A stretch of DNA of 64,000 nt from a virus, in IMG/VR virus record IMGVR_UViG_3300005077_000003, positions 1 to 64,000 of that record, one strand, 5' to 3'. Shown here piece after piece: positions 48,110 to 57,436 of the stretch. The position numbers were made by a program, and so were the translations under genes. The stretch's first letter is position 1; each line of letters opens with the position of its first letter. The notes under the pieces are model-generated. The model was not told where the DNA came from and made no database searches. It was given only the letters and a program-made list of their open reading frames with translations.

Positions 48110-48247
48110 TTCAGTCCACCATGTGGCGAATCGCCACGTAGAGGGTGAAGCCGACCCAGTACCCGAAGAGGAACCGGGCGTGCTTCATCCTGTAGACGAA
48201 CGTAAGGATTCCCAGCGGGAACCCTATCAAAATCCCTAGCAGCATTG

Positions 48248-48703
48248 CTACTCCTCGCGGGCATAGGCCCGCCTCAGGTTGTAGAGGGGATACCCCCTCC
48301 GGTTACGCGAGACCCGAGTGATCTCCTGATCACCGTGATGAACGGTGATCTTCTTTGGCTCCAGTTCGGCTCTGAAGCTCTTCGTGGAAGCGGCCTCAGC
48401 CGCGTCCATTCCTGGTTGCAGTGCAGCGGGGTCGATCCCCACCGCGTTGCAGAAGTGGAGTACGCGCGCGGCGTACCCCTGCTGGGCCTTCTCGAAGGCA
48501 TCACTAGTGACGCCCTCGAACTTCTTGGGTGCCGTCCACGAGACGTGGACGTACCTTCCCAGGACCCCTAGCGTTATGTAGACTGATGGTAAAGGACCCT
48601 CCCCGTAGACGCGCGCGTTCAGGAGGAACGCGGCGTAGACGCCGCGGGGGAGGATTTCGCCCTCAGAATGGGCGAACGAATCGCTCAGCATGTCGTATGA
48701 CAT
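48248..48703 (-). CDS. Hypothetical protein
   Basis: AAGGA RBS; ORF track. Confidence 0.6.
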   Translation of the reverse strand: MSYDMLSDSFAHSEGEILPRGVYAAFLLNARVYGEGPLPSVYITLGVLGRYVHVSWTAPKKFEGVTSDAFEKAQQGYAARVLHFCNAVGIDPAALQPGMDAAEAASTKSFRAELEPKKITVHHGDQEITRVSRNRRGYPLYNLRRAYAREE

Positions 48704-48759
48704 GAGCAGTCCTTGTGTACTATGTACACTTTAGTCCTGTGACTACGCGCCTGCACGAA

Positions 48760-49258
48760 ATGTGCTTACACCCTCACCTCTAGCCGTAGTCGCGGAGGGC
48801 ATTGGAGGGGCACCCCCCCACAAGAGGATGCCCCTGTTGCTATGGTGCTGCTGTACTTGCAGTAGCTCAGGACTTCGATTCTAGTTCTTCTTGTAGTAGT
48901 CGTCAGCCTCTTGACGACGCCATGTGGTCATGATCCCCGTATCCTGCAGGAAGGTCATCACCTTCCCAAGCATGCTTCCGAGGAAGCTGGTGAAGCTGAC
49001 CATGTAGTCCTTACAGGCCTTTATGTACTCAATCTCCACCTCCACATCCACCTTTTCCAGGGTGAACTCGGGGGTATTGGTCTCGGGGTTGACAGAGATG
49101 TTCATCTTTTCGATCTTGAAATGCATGTGAATCCCTTTGTGCACTAAGGCACTTAGTAAGTTGTGACTGTCCACCTGCACTATGTGTGCTTACGCCACTA
49201 CCTCTAGTGACAGTCATGAGTGGCATTGAGGGGCACCCTCACAAGAGGATGCCCCTGT
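48760..49258. repeat. Imperfect ~75-bp direct repeat pair (48760-48837 and 49182-49258)
   Basis: TGTGCTTAC..ACCTCTAG..GGCATTG(G)AGGGGCACCC..ACAAGAGGATGCCCCTGT in both copies. Confidence 0.8.
48881..49180 (-). CDS. Hypothetical protein
   Basis: ORF between repeat cassettes. Confidence 0.55.
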   Translation of the reverse strand: MQVDSHNLLSALVHKGIHMHFKIEKMNISVNPETNTPEFTLEKVDVEVEIEYIKACKDYMVSFTSFLGSMLGKVMTFLQDTGIMTTWRRQEADDYYKKN

Positions 49259-49262
49259 AGTA

Positions 49263-49547
49263 CTAGTCCTTCTTCACTTTGGCCTCGTTCCAGGCCCTCT
49301 TGGTGTTGTCCATGGTCGCCTTGACAACGGGGGCCACGCGCTGGATGCCCTTGCACACCAGCTTGGTGAACTTGTAGGCACCGTTCTTGACCGACTCGCC
49401 GACCTTACTGGCCAGCTTCTGCCTCTCGCGCTCTTGGAAGCGCTGAAAGGCTTCACGGCACTGGTCACACCAGATACCGGTCTCGATCTCCTTGTCACAT
49501 CCCTGGCACTTCATGCGTTCTCCTTGGTGTGAACGCCCAGCTTCCAC
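49263..49547 (-). CDS. Hypothetical protein, CxxC-CxxC
   Basis: MKCQGCD...WCDQC; AAGGAG RBS before internal Met. Confidence 0.6.
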   Translation of the reverse strand: MEAGRSHQGERMKCQGCDKEIETGIWCDQCREAFQRFQERERQKLASKVGESVKNGAYKFTKLVCKGIQRVAPVVKATMDNTKRAWNEAKVKKD

Positions 49548-49696
49548 AGCTTTAGGGCGGTTTCAGCCTCTTCCCGGCTGCCAGCGCAAACTCCTCGCTG
49601 GCCTTTGTGCCGTTGTAGGCCATTAAAAAAAGAGTAAATAAAAAAAATAGGGATCCCTACCGCGAAGGCAGGGATCCCTATGTTACCTAGGCCAAA

Positions 49697-50017
49697 TTAG
49701 AAGGGCGACCGCGAACGCCTGCAGTTGCAGGGCCGCGGCTTTCCGTGCTCGCATGCCGGACAGTCCGGCGCATGGGCCTTGAGGGCCAGCCCCTCAAGCA
49801 TGGCGACGCCCATAATCGCTCCAGCCGCCCAGTGCTGGGCTGCCCCAAAGCTCCCGAGACGCCCAATATAGGGCGCTCTGGCCCAGCAACGGAGCCAGCG
49901 ATACGTCTTGCGGGGGTGTTCCCCGTGCTCCCGGCGATCTCTCAGGACCGCCTCCACCGCCGAACGGGCCAACCAGGCCTGCGGGCTGTTCCCTGCTGTA
50001 AAAGACTTCGTATCCAT
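49697..50017 (-). CDS. Hypothetical protein
   Basis: AGGAGG RBS; Cys-rich tail. Confidence 0.6.
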   Translation of the reverse strand: MDTKSFTAGNSPQAWLARSAVEAVLRDRREHGEHPRKTYRWLRCWARAPYIGRLGSFGAAQHWAAGAIMGVAMLEGLALKAHAPDCPACEHGKPRPCNCRRSRSPF

Positions 50018-50209
50018 AATGGCCTCCTATGGCTATGCGTGCTATGGCGCAGACTTGGTTACATATCCAGCCCTACCGCGTGGAGGTGTCTGCATAGGGC
50101 CATTGGGCACACCACAAGGCATGCCCAAGCATGACCTGAGGGCTACTGGATAGTGGCCCTCAGTCTAACCGCCTCCTCCTTGAGACGAGTAAGCTCGTCC
50201 ATTTGGGGG

Positions 50210-50482
50210 TCAAGCTGTTCCCTCATGGCTAGGTCCTACACCATGAAGGTCAGCAGGATTAGCGCTGCCATCACTAGCAGCACCACCGCCTCGTTCATGG
50301 TGTTTAGACGCCTGTACTCGCTCACCGAGTATCTCCTTGCACTCCTCTACGAGTGCGGCTATGGCCCTGTTTACTTCTTGCAGGGCCGCGATCTCCTCCT
50401 CCAACACGTGCATGTGTAGGCACATGCGAACCTCCATGTTGGGGGCCTTTGAGCACAGTAGCCGATGTGCCACTGTGCTCAA
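50210..50482 (-). CDS. Hypothetical protein (start probably internal)
   Basis: GGAGG before MCLHMH; coiled coil. Confidence 0.4.
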   Translation of the reverse strand: MSTVAHRLLCSKAPNMEVRMCLHMHVLEEEIAALQEVNRAIAALVEECKEILGERVQASKHHERGGGAASDGSANPADLHGVGPSHEGTA

Positions 50483-50552
50483 TAAAAAAAGAGTAAATAA
50501 AAAAAATAGGGACCCCTAGTGTATACTAAGGGTCCCTATGTGGGGGCAGCTC

Positions 50553-50873
50553 TTAGTAGAGCTGCCTTACCAAGCCAAGAACCCGCTGGTCCTTGACTTC
50601 GCCTGCGGCCAGCTGCCTCCTGAGCAGCTCAACCCCCTTCCGGGCCCACTTGGGGTCCCGGAGGAGGTTCACTACAACCACGTTCCTCTCGTCCGAGGAC
50701 AGGAGGGTGATGATCTGGCCGATGGTGTGGAAGAACTTGGAACTACGCATTGTATTGCCTCCTATGGCTATGCTTTCCATGTACACATTACCTAGTGTAC
50801 GTGTGCCATCGTACAGGCACAGGCTATAGCACACACTGTGTGTACTATAGTGCAGGCAGTACTTATATAGCAC
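50553..50873 (-). CDS. Hypothetical protein (start probably MRSSKF at 50752)
   Basis: AGGAGG RBS before internal Met. Confidence 0.55.
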   Translation of the reverse strand: MLYKYCLHYSTHSVCYSLCLYDGTRTLGNVYMESIAIGGNTMRSSKFFHTIGQIITLLSSDERNVVVVNLLRDPKWARKGVELLRRQLAAGEVKDQRVLGLVRQLY

Positions 50874-51162
50874 CCTGCCCTTGGCGCTTAAGCATATTAG
50901 AAGGGGGGGGGTGGGCGTGAAATGGGGAGATCCATCTCACAAGAAGCCCAAGTAGTACTATCCCTACCAATTAAACTACTATTTTCCAGGTATTAAGGCC
51001 TCCATCTCTCTTAAATTACTTTTTATGGGTATTAAGGCAAAATTTATTGTTTAAAATAATAAGAGTGGTGGAAATTTATATATTAGTTGTAATTTTTAGG
51101 GCATTAAGCGTTTATACCGATATCTTTTTAGGTTGCCCGCCAGTTTTTAGGGTTAATTAGCA

Positions 51163-51501
51163 ATGACAGAACAATCAATAAGTTATCTTCCATTTTATCC
51201 ATTTTCACAGACTAGTGATAGTACTTTTTATATAGATAGTACTAGTAATAATAATACATTTACTATTGATAGTACTAATCATATTACTAATATAGTTTGG
51301 GGTGAAATGACAGATACTAAATATAATACTTATAATAATAGCCAGGTTGCTATTAAGTTTAGTAGCCTAGAGGCTATTATAATAGCCGCCAAGTTTACTT
51401 TGTTTATGAATATTAATGATTTAATGGAGATACCATTAGATGATTTAGTAGCACTGTCAAAAGAAGTAATGGCGGATACTAGTTTGCATTTAAAGAAGTA
51501 A
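51163..51501 (+). CDS. Hypothetical protein
   Basis: First plus-strand ORF after the strand switch. Confidence 0.55.
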   Translation: MTEQSISYLPFYPFSQTSDSTFYIDSTSNNNTFTIDSTNHITNIVWGEMTDTKYNTYNNSQVAIKFSSLEAIIIAAKFTLFMNINDLMEIPLDDLVALSKEVMADTSLHLKK

Positions 51502-51542
51502 GCGGAAATACTACTAGTGTATAATTAGTCTGCCTGGTTATC

Positions 51543-51770
51543 ATGGATAATATTATATTTGCTAGTAGTATCATGGAAAATAACCTATCAACAACTGAGG
51601 TGTATGCTTATTTTACCTGTGACAAAGCTGGGTGCGGGAAACAAAATATTAGACTACTAAAGAAGTATAGAAGTACGGGTAGTGGTAATAGGCCTATTCT
51701 TAATAGCGATGACGTATGCGACTTTTGTGGTATGCCAATACATGAGCCAGCGTATATTGAAGTAAAATAA
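51543..51770 (+). CDS. Small Zn-finger protein
   Basis: CDKAGC...CDFCG. Confidence 0.55.
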   Translation: MDNIIFASSIMENNLSTTEVYAYFTCDKAGCGKQNIRLLKKYRSTGSGNRPILNSDDVCDFCGMPIHEPAYIEVK

Positions 51771-51775
51771 ATAAA

Positions 51776-52186
51776 ATGAGTGAAAACAAAGAATTGAATC
51801 AAGTAACCAGTGTATATCCAGTAATACCTGCATCAGTAGTCCCGGTACCAACTAAAAAGGTCGCCGACCTTGCTAATGGGGGGATGAGGAATAGAAAGTA
51901 TGCCGCGTATGTTTCGGCAGCAATTATAAGAGACTTGGTAGATCACCAAGATCCTGTTATTATACAAGGTGATCTACCTAAGATTCTTATTGATGGGGAT
52001 ACTTTACAAGAAGTAAAGGAAAGGATGTTCGAAGAACTTAGCGCGGTTTTCCAGAATGCACAAGACCTGGTAGATGGTAAGATTACCATGGAAGATCTTG
52101 ATAGACAGGCTACGGAACAGGCTAAGATATACGAGGACGCAGTTAGAGCAGAATTTGCTAAAAAAGATGGAACCGAAACTAACTAG
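51776..52186 (+). CDS. Hypothetical protein
   Basis: ORF track. Confidence 0.6.
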   Translation: MSENKELNQVTSVYPVIPASVVPVPTKKVADLANGGMRNRKYAAYVSAAIIRDLVDHQDPVIIQGDLPKILIDGDTLQEVKERMFEELSAVFQNAQDLVDGKITMEDLDRQATEQAKIYEDAVRAEFAKKDGTETN

Positions 52187-52364
52187 TATTAACTTAAATT
52201 GCTATCGGTGTGGTATGAGTAAACCATGCCTGCTAGATGTAAATGGTCCCCCTATTTGTAGGAATTGCTGGGAAACCAGTGCCCACATACAAATTAATGA
52301 TGAGTATGTAATTAAATTTGCTGGCGATAGCACTGCGGATGTATTCCCCGGGTATAGCTGCTAG
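52074..52364 (+). CDS. Small Zn-finger protein (start probably MEPK)
   Basis: CYRC...CRNC. Confidence 0.5.
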   Translation: MVRLPWKILIDRLRNRLRYTRTQLEQNLLKKMEPKLTSINLNCYRCGMSKPCLLDVNGPPICRNCWETSAHIQINDEYVIKFAGDSTADVFPGYSC

Positions 52365-52411
52365 CTATAGTGTAATAGGAAACCCGGAAATTAATATAGC
52401 CGGGGAATATT

Positions 52412-52792
52412 ATGTTTACAACCCCGATAATACGTCGGGGTTATTTTATAACAAATATAATGGATGTTAACAAAACAAGAAGTATTCTTAAACAGTTTTT
52501 TAGAGTAAATCATACTAATAATACTGTTTTTATTGACTTTGACTCAATGTGTATGTTTTTAGTAAAGGACTGTAAAAGACATTTTTCGCCCAGTAGGTTT
52601 GAAAAAGTCTTAGAGGTTGAAGTACAGAAGTTAAAGGGCAAAATAATTTCACCTGAAATGTTTGATAGGCTTGCTGAATATGTTGACAATATGACTCTGT
52701 ATATACAACAAGAGGAGCGCAAGCTAGCCCTGGAAAGACAGAAGAAGGTTGAAAATAAACTAGTAAACTTTCATAAGAACAAAAGAAAATAG
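52412..52792 (+). CDS. Hypothetical protein
   Basis: ORF track. Confidence 0.55.
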   Translation: MFTTPIIRRGYFITNIMDVNKTRSILKQFFRVNHTNNTVFIDFDSMCMFLVKDCKRHFSPSRFEKVLEVEVQKLKGKIISPEMFDRLAEYVDNMTLYIQQEERKLALERQKKVENKLVNFHKNKRK

Positions 52793-52794
52793 CC

Positions 52795-53031
52795 ATGGAA
52801 GACTCTACGCTTAGGCTATGGCAGTCAGTGTTAGAAACCACTCTAAGGGATTACCTTACTAAGAAATACCCTGGAGAAATGGCCACGTATGATAGATTTA
52901 GGAAAAAAGTTGGCTTACACTGCAACTTTACGAAGGCAGCGGCAAGATTGATGTTCAAGTCAGAGGCAGTGAGTAAAAGCGACTTTCTTAGTAGGTTTAA
53001 GAGTAATAATTGGGATGGGTATACAAAGTAA
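52795..53031 (+). CDS. Hypothetical protein
   Basis: ORF track. Confidence 0.5.
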   Translation: MEDSTLRLWQSVLETTLRDYLTKKYPGEMATYDRFRKKVGLHCNFTKAAARLMFKSEAVSKSDFLSRFKSNNWDGYTK

Positions 53032-53814
53032 ATGGACTTTTTTGAGATGAACGAAGCGCCGGACAAAGAAGAGCCGGAGCAGAAGAAAGAAGAGAGTATT
53101 GTAGTGGCAGATAGTAAGCATGACTTACTTACTGCTGCTGCAATAGAGGCAGGTGTAGTTGTGCCTCATGATAAGGCGGCTATACTCAAACAATTTCTTA
53201 AAAGTTCACAATATGGGCACCAGGCCTCTCTGGCAATGAAGTGCAAGGGAACCCAATGCCCATATCTTGATATTTGTCCTCTACATGCTATAGGAGCTAA
53301 CCTACCCAGAGGGAAACCGTGTCCGGTAGAGAATAGCCTTATCGAACAATGGGTCCAGCAGTTTATTGAAAGTATGGGACTGGATCCAGATGAACCATCT
53401 AATGCAGTAGAGATGCATATGGTGTATGAGTTAGCAGGATTGGAACTAATAAGACGTAGAGCTGCAACAGAATTATCTAAAGATCCGCTATTAGTTAAAA
53501 ACTCAATAGTTGGTTATTCTCCTCATGGAGAACCTATTTTTGATGATAAGCCTTCACAAGCTCTTCTAATATTAGAAAGACATTCTAAGATAGTAAACAA
53601 ATTACGTGAATCACTACTAGCTACGCCTAAGTCACAATCTCAAGCTGGGCAGGTATCTAGAGATATATCTACTAGAACTGCTAATATAATGGAGAGAGCT
53701 AGGAAGATTAGGGAGGCTAGGCAAAAGGGTGGTTCAATAGCTGATGCGGAGTATATACTAATTAATAATGAAGAAACAGAGAAGCAAGGTAAGGGATCAA
53801 ACGAAGAGGACTAG
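53032..53814 (+). CDS. Cys-cluster helical protein; possible terminase small subunit
   Basis: CKGTQCPYLDICP..CPVE; helical; upstream of terL (function inferred). Confidence 0.4.
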   Translation: MDFFEMNEAPDKEEPEQKKEESIVVADSKHDLLTAAAIEAGVVVPHDKAAILKQFLKSSQYGHQASLAMKCKGTQCPYLDICPLHAIGANLPRGKPCPVENSLIEQWVQQFIESMGLDPDEPSNAVEMHMVYELAGLELIRRRAATELSKDPLLVKNSIVGYSPHGEPIFDDKPSQALLILERHSKIVNKLRESLLATPKSQSQAGQVSRDISTRTANIMERARKIREARQKGGSIADAEYILINNEETEKQGKGSNEED

Positions 53815-53886
53815 TTTAACTACAGCACCAAAGACTAGGATAAGACCTCATCCAAAGGATAAACAAAACTGCCCCAAGGTTTAGCA

Positions 53887-54336
53887 ATGCTAGGATTTTT
53901 TGCGCGTACATTTGAAGAGCTTTTACCAGTTAACCCGCTAGTGCTCTTTAAGAAGGAGCAAGCATCAAAGTTAGGTAAAGTTTTTGAGCGCGGTTTAGGA
54001 AGGTTCTCCACTAATGCACCAGAAATGATGAAGGAGTACTTTGCTGGGAAACAATACGGGAGTACTGCTGATCTTGGAGCAGAACTATCTAGAGCTAGAA
54101 CTAGGAAAGTTACTGCAGGTATAGGATTAGGTTTAGTAACAGCTAATGCACTTGGTATAAATCCTCTTGGTGTTACTGATGCTGCTACTAATACAGCTAT
54201 GCTTGGAGTACACTCTATGATTGGTAGTTCTATGATTAAATATGGAGCTGGTTTAAGTAAAGGACTAGGTGTTGGTTATTTAGGCTTAACTGCTCTAAAT
54301 ACTTTTAGGCGAGGCGAAAATGCTGGGCCTATGTAA
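53887..54336 (+). CDS. Gly/Ala-rich hydrophobic protein (virion/membrane candidate)
   Basis: GIGLGLVTANALG, GLGVGYLGL. Confidence 0.6.
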   Translation: MLGFFARTFEELLPVNPLVLFKKEQASKLGKVFERGLGRFSTNAPEMMKEYFAGKQYGSTADLGAELSRARTRKVTAGIGLGLVTANALGINPLGVTDAATNTAMLGVHSMIGSSMIKYGAGLSKGLGVGYLGLTALNTFRRGENAGPM

Positions 54337-54345
54337 GGAGAAATA

Positions 54346-54417
54346 ATGGCTAAGAAAAAACAACCAGCAAAGAAGCCCATGAAGGGCTCCGACGCTAAGA
54401 AAAAGAAAAAGTGTTAA
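54346..54417 (+). CDS. 23-aa Lys-rich peptide
   Basis: AAGGAG RBS; MAKKKQPAKKPMKGSDAKKKKKC; fills the gap between neighbours. Confidence 0.55.
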   Translation: MAKKKQPAKKPMKGSDAKKKKKC

Positions 54418-54423
54418 ACTATT

Positions 54424-55098
54424 ATGTTTGGTACATTAAAAACATTATTTGGCGGGCTGACTAAAATAGCCACAAAAGGAAAGGGTATTTCTACCGGTGC
54501 GAAGGTCGGTATGGGCGTATTTGGAGCTGGCTATGCTGCTAAAAAGGTAGCAAGCTCTGATCTATGGTCTCAGTATGAGATGTCGCGCTATGGTAAGAAA
54601 TACCTTGAAAGCAGGGGCGCCCTAGGTACTACTAGAGGCGTCGTAAGAGCTGCAGGCACTGCTGGTATGGCTGGTGGTATTGGTATTGGTGTAGGTGGAG
54701 GTAGAATAACTGCCAAAGCAACTAAATCAATATGGTCTAAAACATCTGGTCTGCCATCTAAAGCCTGGAAGGGAGCAACTACATGGCAGCCTGCAAGGCC
54801 ATCTTCTCCATTACCTCGCACTGCTAGACGTGGCTCGGCTGCCCCTACGTCAAGTATGGCGGCTATGAGAAGTGCTTATGGACACATAATGGATAGACCG
54901 GTAAGATACGGTCTAGCTACAGGAGGAGCTATTGGTACTGGTGCTGGCATAGCAACTCTTAAGAGAACCAACGTAATGCGCGAAGGTAGAATAACCGCGA
55001 TAGGTCGCGCACCACTTGGCGGCATATCTCCTAGTATGCAGTTTGGTGCAGCACAATCAAGATTTGTAAACAATAGATTATCTTCTAGAATTAGATAA
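54424..55098 (+). CDS. Gly/Ala-rich basic protein (virion candidate)
   Basis: ORF track; composition. Confidence 0.6.
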   Translation: MFGTLKTLFGGLTKIATKGKGISTGAKVGMGVFGAGYAAKKVASSDLWSQYEMSRYGKKYLESRGALGTTRGVVRAAGTAGMAGGIGIGVGGGRITAKATKSIWSKTSGLPSKAWKGATTWQPARPSSPLPRTARRGSAAPTSSMAAMRSAYGHIMDRPVRYGLATGGAIGTGAGIATLKRTNVMREGRITAIGRAPLGGISPSMQFGAAQSRFVNNRLSSRIR

Positions 55099-55709
55099 TG
55101 TTACTAGATAACTCAACACTAGACAACTCTATTGATGAGTCTATGTTCGCGCCTGGGATTGAAGACAATCCTCTTCTTTCACCAATAGCTATAGCTGCTG
55201 ACCTTGGCTCTTTCTTTGTAGGCAAAAGCCTTATAAAGAAATCAGAAGCCCTATCAAAAAGAAAATCAAGGTTAACCAAACAAGTACGTACCATAAGACG
55301 CGCAACTAAAAAGCTATGGCGTTCTGGAAGAATAGACCCTAAAAAAGCTAGTCTTCTTAGAAAAACTAAGGCAGACAGAATAAGTGAACTTAAAAGTGTA
55401 AGAAAGTCAAAGATAACTAAACTATCTAGGGCAGGTAAAACTCTTACTGGAATATCAAAAGGTCTGCTTTTTATGGGTATGCTTGACCTTGGGTATAGTA
55501 TGGGTAAGGGAATATTCTCAATAGCAGAAAGCTATAGAACATCAAGAGATAGTTTAAACCAGTCTATTTCTGCAGGATATGAAGATACAGCCTACTATGA
55601 TAGTAGGAGAGCTTTTACTCAAAGACAGAGAGCTATTCAAGCTATTCACAATTCACAGCTATCAACGAGGTTCGCTTTTGGTGCGGAAGCCTCGTATTTG
55701 CATCAATGA
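55098..55709 (+). CDS. Basic protein with hydrophobic segment
   Basis: ORF track; 1-nt overlap. Confidence 0.6.
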   Translation: MLLDNSTLDNSIDESMFAPGIEDNPLLSPIAIAADLGSFFVGKSLIKKSEALSKRKSRLTKQVRTIRRATKKLWRSGRIDPKKASLLRKTKADRISELKSVRKSKITKLSRAGKTLTGISKGLLFMGMLDLGYSMGKGIFSIAESYRTSRDSLNQSISAGYEDTAYYDSRRAFTQRQRAIQAIHNSQLSTRFAFGAEASYLHQ

Positions 55710-55724
55710 TGAAAGGAATATAAC

Positions 55725-56135
55725 ATGGGCGAGTTAGAAGAAGATAAGGCTTCTAAAGAAGAGAGCTATATTATTTCAGCAGGAAATGGGGCTGGCTTAA
55801 AAGCCATTGCTTCTATAGCTATATTCTTTACTCTTTTAGGTGCATGTATAGCACCTTACTTATTTAGCAAGCAGGAACTAATGTCCGTAGAACAAAAGCT
55901 ACTTCATCAAGACGAAACTCAAGATGAAAATTCTAAAAGAAATCTTGAAGACATACTAAAAAGACTTAATTCTATAGAAGAGTGGAGACTGGAGCATGCT
56001 GCTATTGGGTCTGCAACTAATGCTCGCCAAGATGCTACCGATGAGTGGATGAAACAAATAATAATTACGCTTTTTGATAAAGTTTATTGCACAAAAGAAA
56101 TGTCCTACAATATGGTGGACAAGGAGAATAAATAA
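55725..56135 (+). CDS. Single-TM coiled-coil protein (lysis or membrane candidate)
   Basis: IASIAIFFTLLGACIAPYLF then heptads. Confidence 0.55.
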   Translation: MGELEEDKASKEESYIISAGNGAGLKAIASIAIFFTLLGACIAPYLFSKQELMSVEQKLLHQDETQDENSKRNLEDILKRLNSIEEWRLEHAAIGSATNARQDATDEWMKQIIITLFDKVYCTKEMSYNMVDKENK

Positions 56136-56398
56136 TGATTATTCTGGTGTCTTTTTTTATGATAAGTGCACTAATTGTATTAGCACTTGCATTAATAGAG
56201 CCTGCTCTTATAGCAAATCATTTACCTCATGTACTTGGGTTACACAAACTATTTCCAGAGGTATTTGAGCACCCACATTTGCTAAAGAATAAACATAGCA
56301 AAATCAAGAGGTGATCCATATTACACGAAATAGACAGTGTGTATTTGTATTAATGCGCAAAATTATATTGCGCTATATAGCCTATTATAGGTCAAATA

Positions 56399-57436
56399 AT
56401 GAGTAAGAATAAGCTTAGATTAATAGACAATTTAATATCAAAAGGCTTTGGCAGAAGAAGAATAGCTGAAGAACTTGAGATTACAGAATGGGCTGCTCGT
56501 AAACTTATAGCAGAATTAACAGAAGCTTTACAAGATAATTCAGATAGAACTATAACAAAAGGAAGTCCTTCTTCAAAAATATCACATCCTTATCATAAAT
56601 TAGTTAATACAAGCGGCAAACCATCAATAAAAGTTACTCCTAGTCGAATGTCGCACGGTGTTGAATCAATTGATTCAGATAGAGTAGTAAAAATTCAAAA
56701 AAGGCCAACATCATATTCGGTAGCAGTATTAGGTGATTGCCATTTTCCATATCAAAATGATACTGCACTAACAATAGCTAAAGCATATTTATCTGATAAT
56801 ATACCTGATTGCATAATATTTATAGGTGATATATGTGATTGCTATTCAGTAAGTCAGTATAATAAAAATACAGAAAGAAAACTTACTTTCCAAGATGAAA
56901 TAGATTATTGCAAAGAGAAATTACAAGAATGGGTAGAAGAGTTTCCATCAGTTAAGTTTTATTTCATAACTGGCAATCATGAGACTCGTCACAAAAGACT
57001 AATGCAAAAGTATGCAAACCAGCTATCTACCCTGAGATCAATGAAGATAGAGGAGCTTCTTGGACTGTCTGATATGGGTATACAATATATATCAGATGAT
57101 GAAGATCTTGAGATAGGCAGTCTTACATTTGTGCATGGAGAGTTTGCGCGCAAATATGCTGGCTCATCTATTCGCGCAACATTTGAAAAGATTGGCGCAT
57201 CAGCAATACAAGGGCATGTTCATAGGGGCTCGCTAGCATTTAAAAGAACAAAACAAGGAATACATACTCTTATTGAAAACATGTGTATGTGTGACTTAAA
57301 TGTTGAGTATGATAGATTTCCTGACTGGGTTAATGGTTTTACTGTAATTCATTATGATGGAGAAGATTTCCACGCTGATTTGCTGCCAATACCTGGAAAT
57401 AAATTAATTACTAATGGTTTAGTATATACTGTATGA
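56399..57436 (+). CDS. HTH + calcineurin-like metallophosphoesterase
   Basis: GRRRIAEELEITEW HTH; GDCH, GDICD, GNHE, HG, GHVH. Confidence 0.88.
   Translation: MSKNKLRLIDNLISKGFGRRRIAEELEITEWAARKLIAELTEALQDNSDRTITKGSPSSKISHPYHKLVNTSGKPSIKVTPSRMSHGVESIDSDRVVKIQKRPTSYSVAVLGDCHFPYQNDTALTIAKAYLSDNIPDCIIFIGDICDCYSVSQYNKNTERKLTFQDEIDYCKEKLQEWVEEFPSVKFYFITGNHETRHKRLMQKYANQLSTLRSMKIEELLGLSDMGIQYISDDEDLEIGSLTFVHGEFARKYAGSSIRATFEKIGASAIQGHVHRGSLAFKRTKQGIHTLIENMCMCDLNVEYDRFPDWVNGFTVIHYDGEDFHADLLPIPGNKLITNGLVYTV

Larger units (their letters stand above)
49625..50512. repeat. Exact 29-bp direct repeat (49625-49653, 50484-50512), each adjoining a terminator hairpin
   Basis: AAAAAAAGAGTAAATAAAAAAAATAGGGA twice; hairpins 49648-49680 and 50506-50539. 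Confidence 0.88.
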
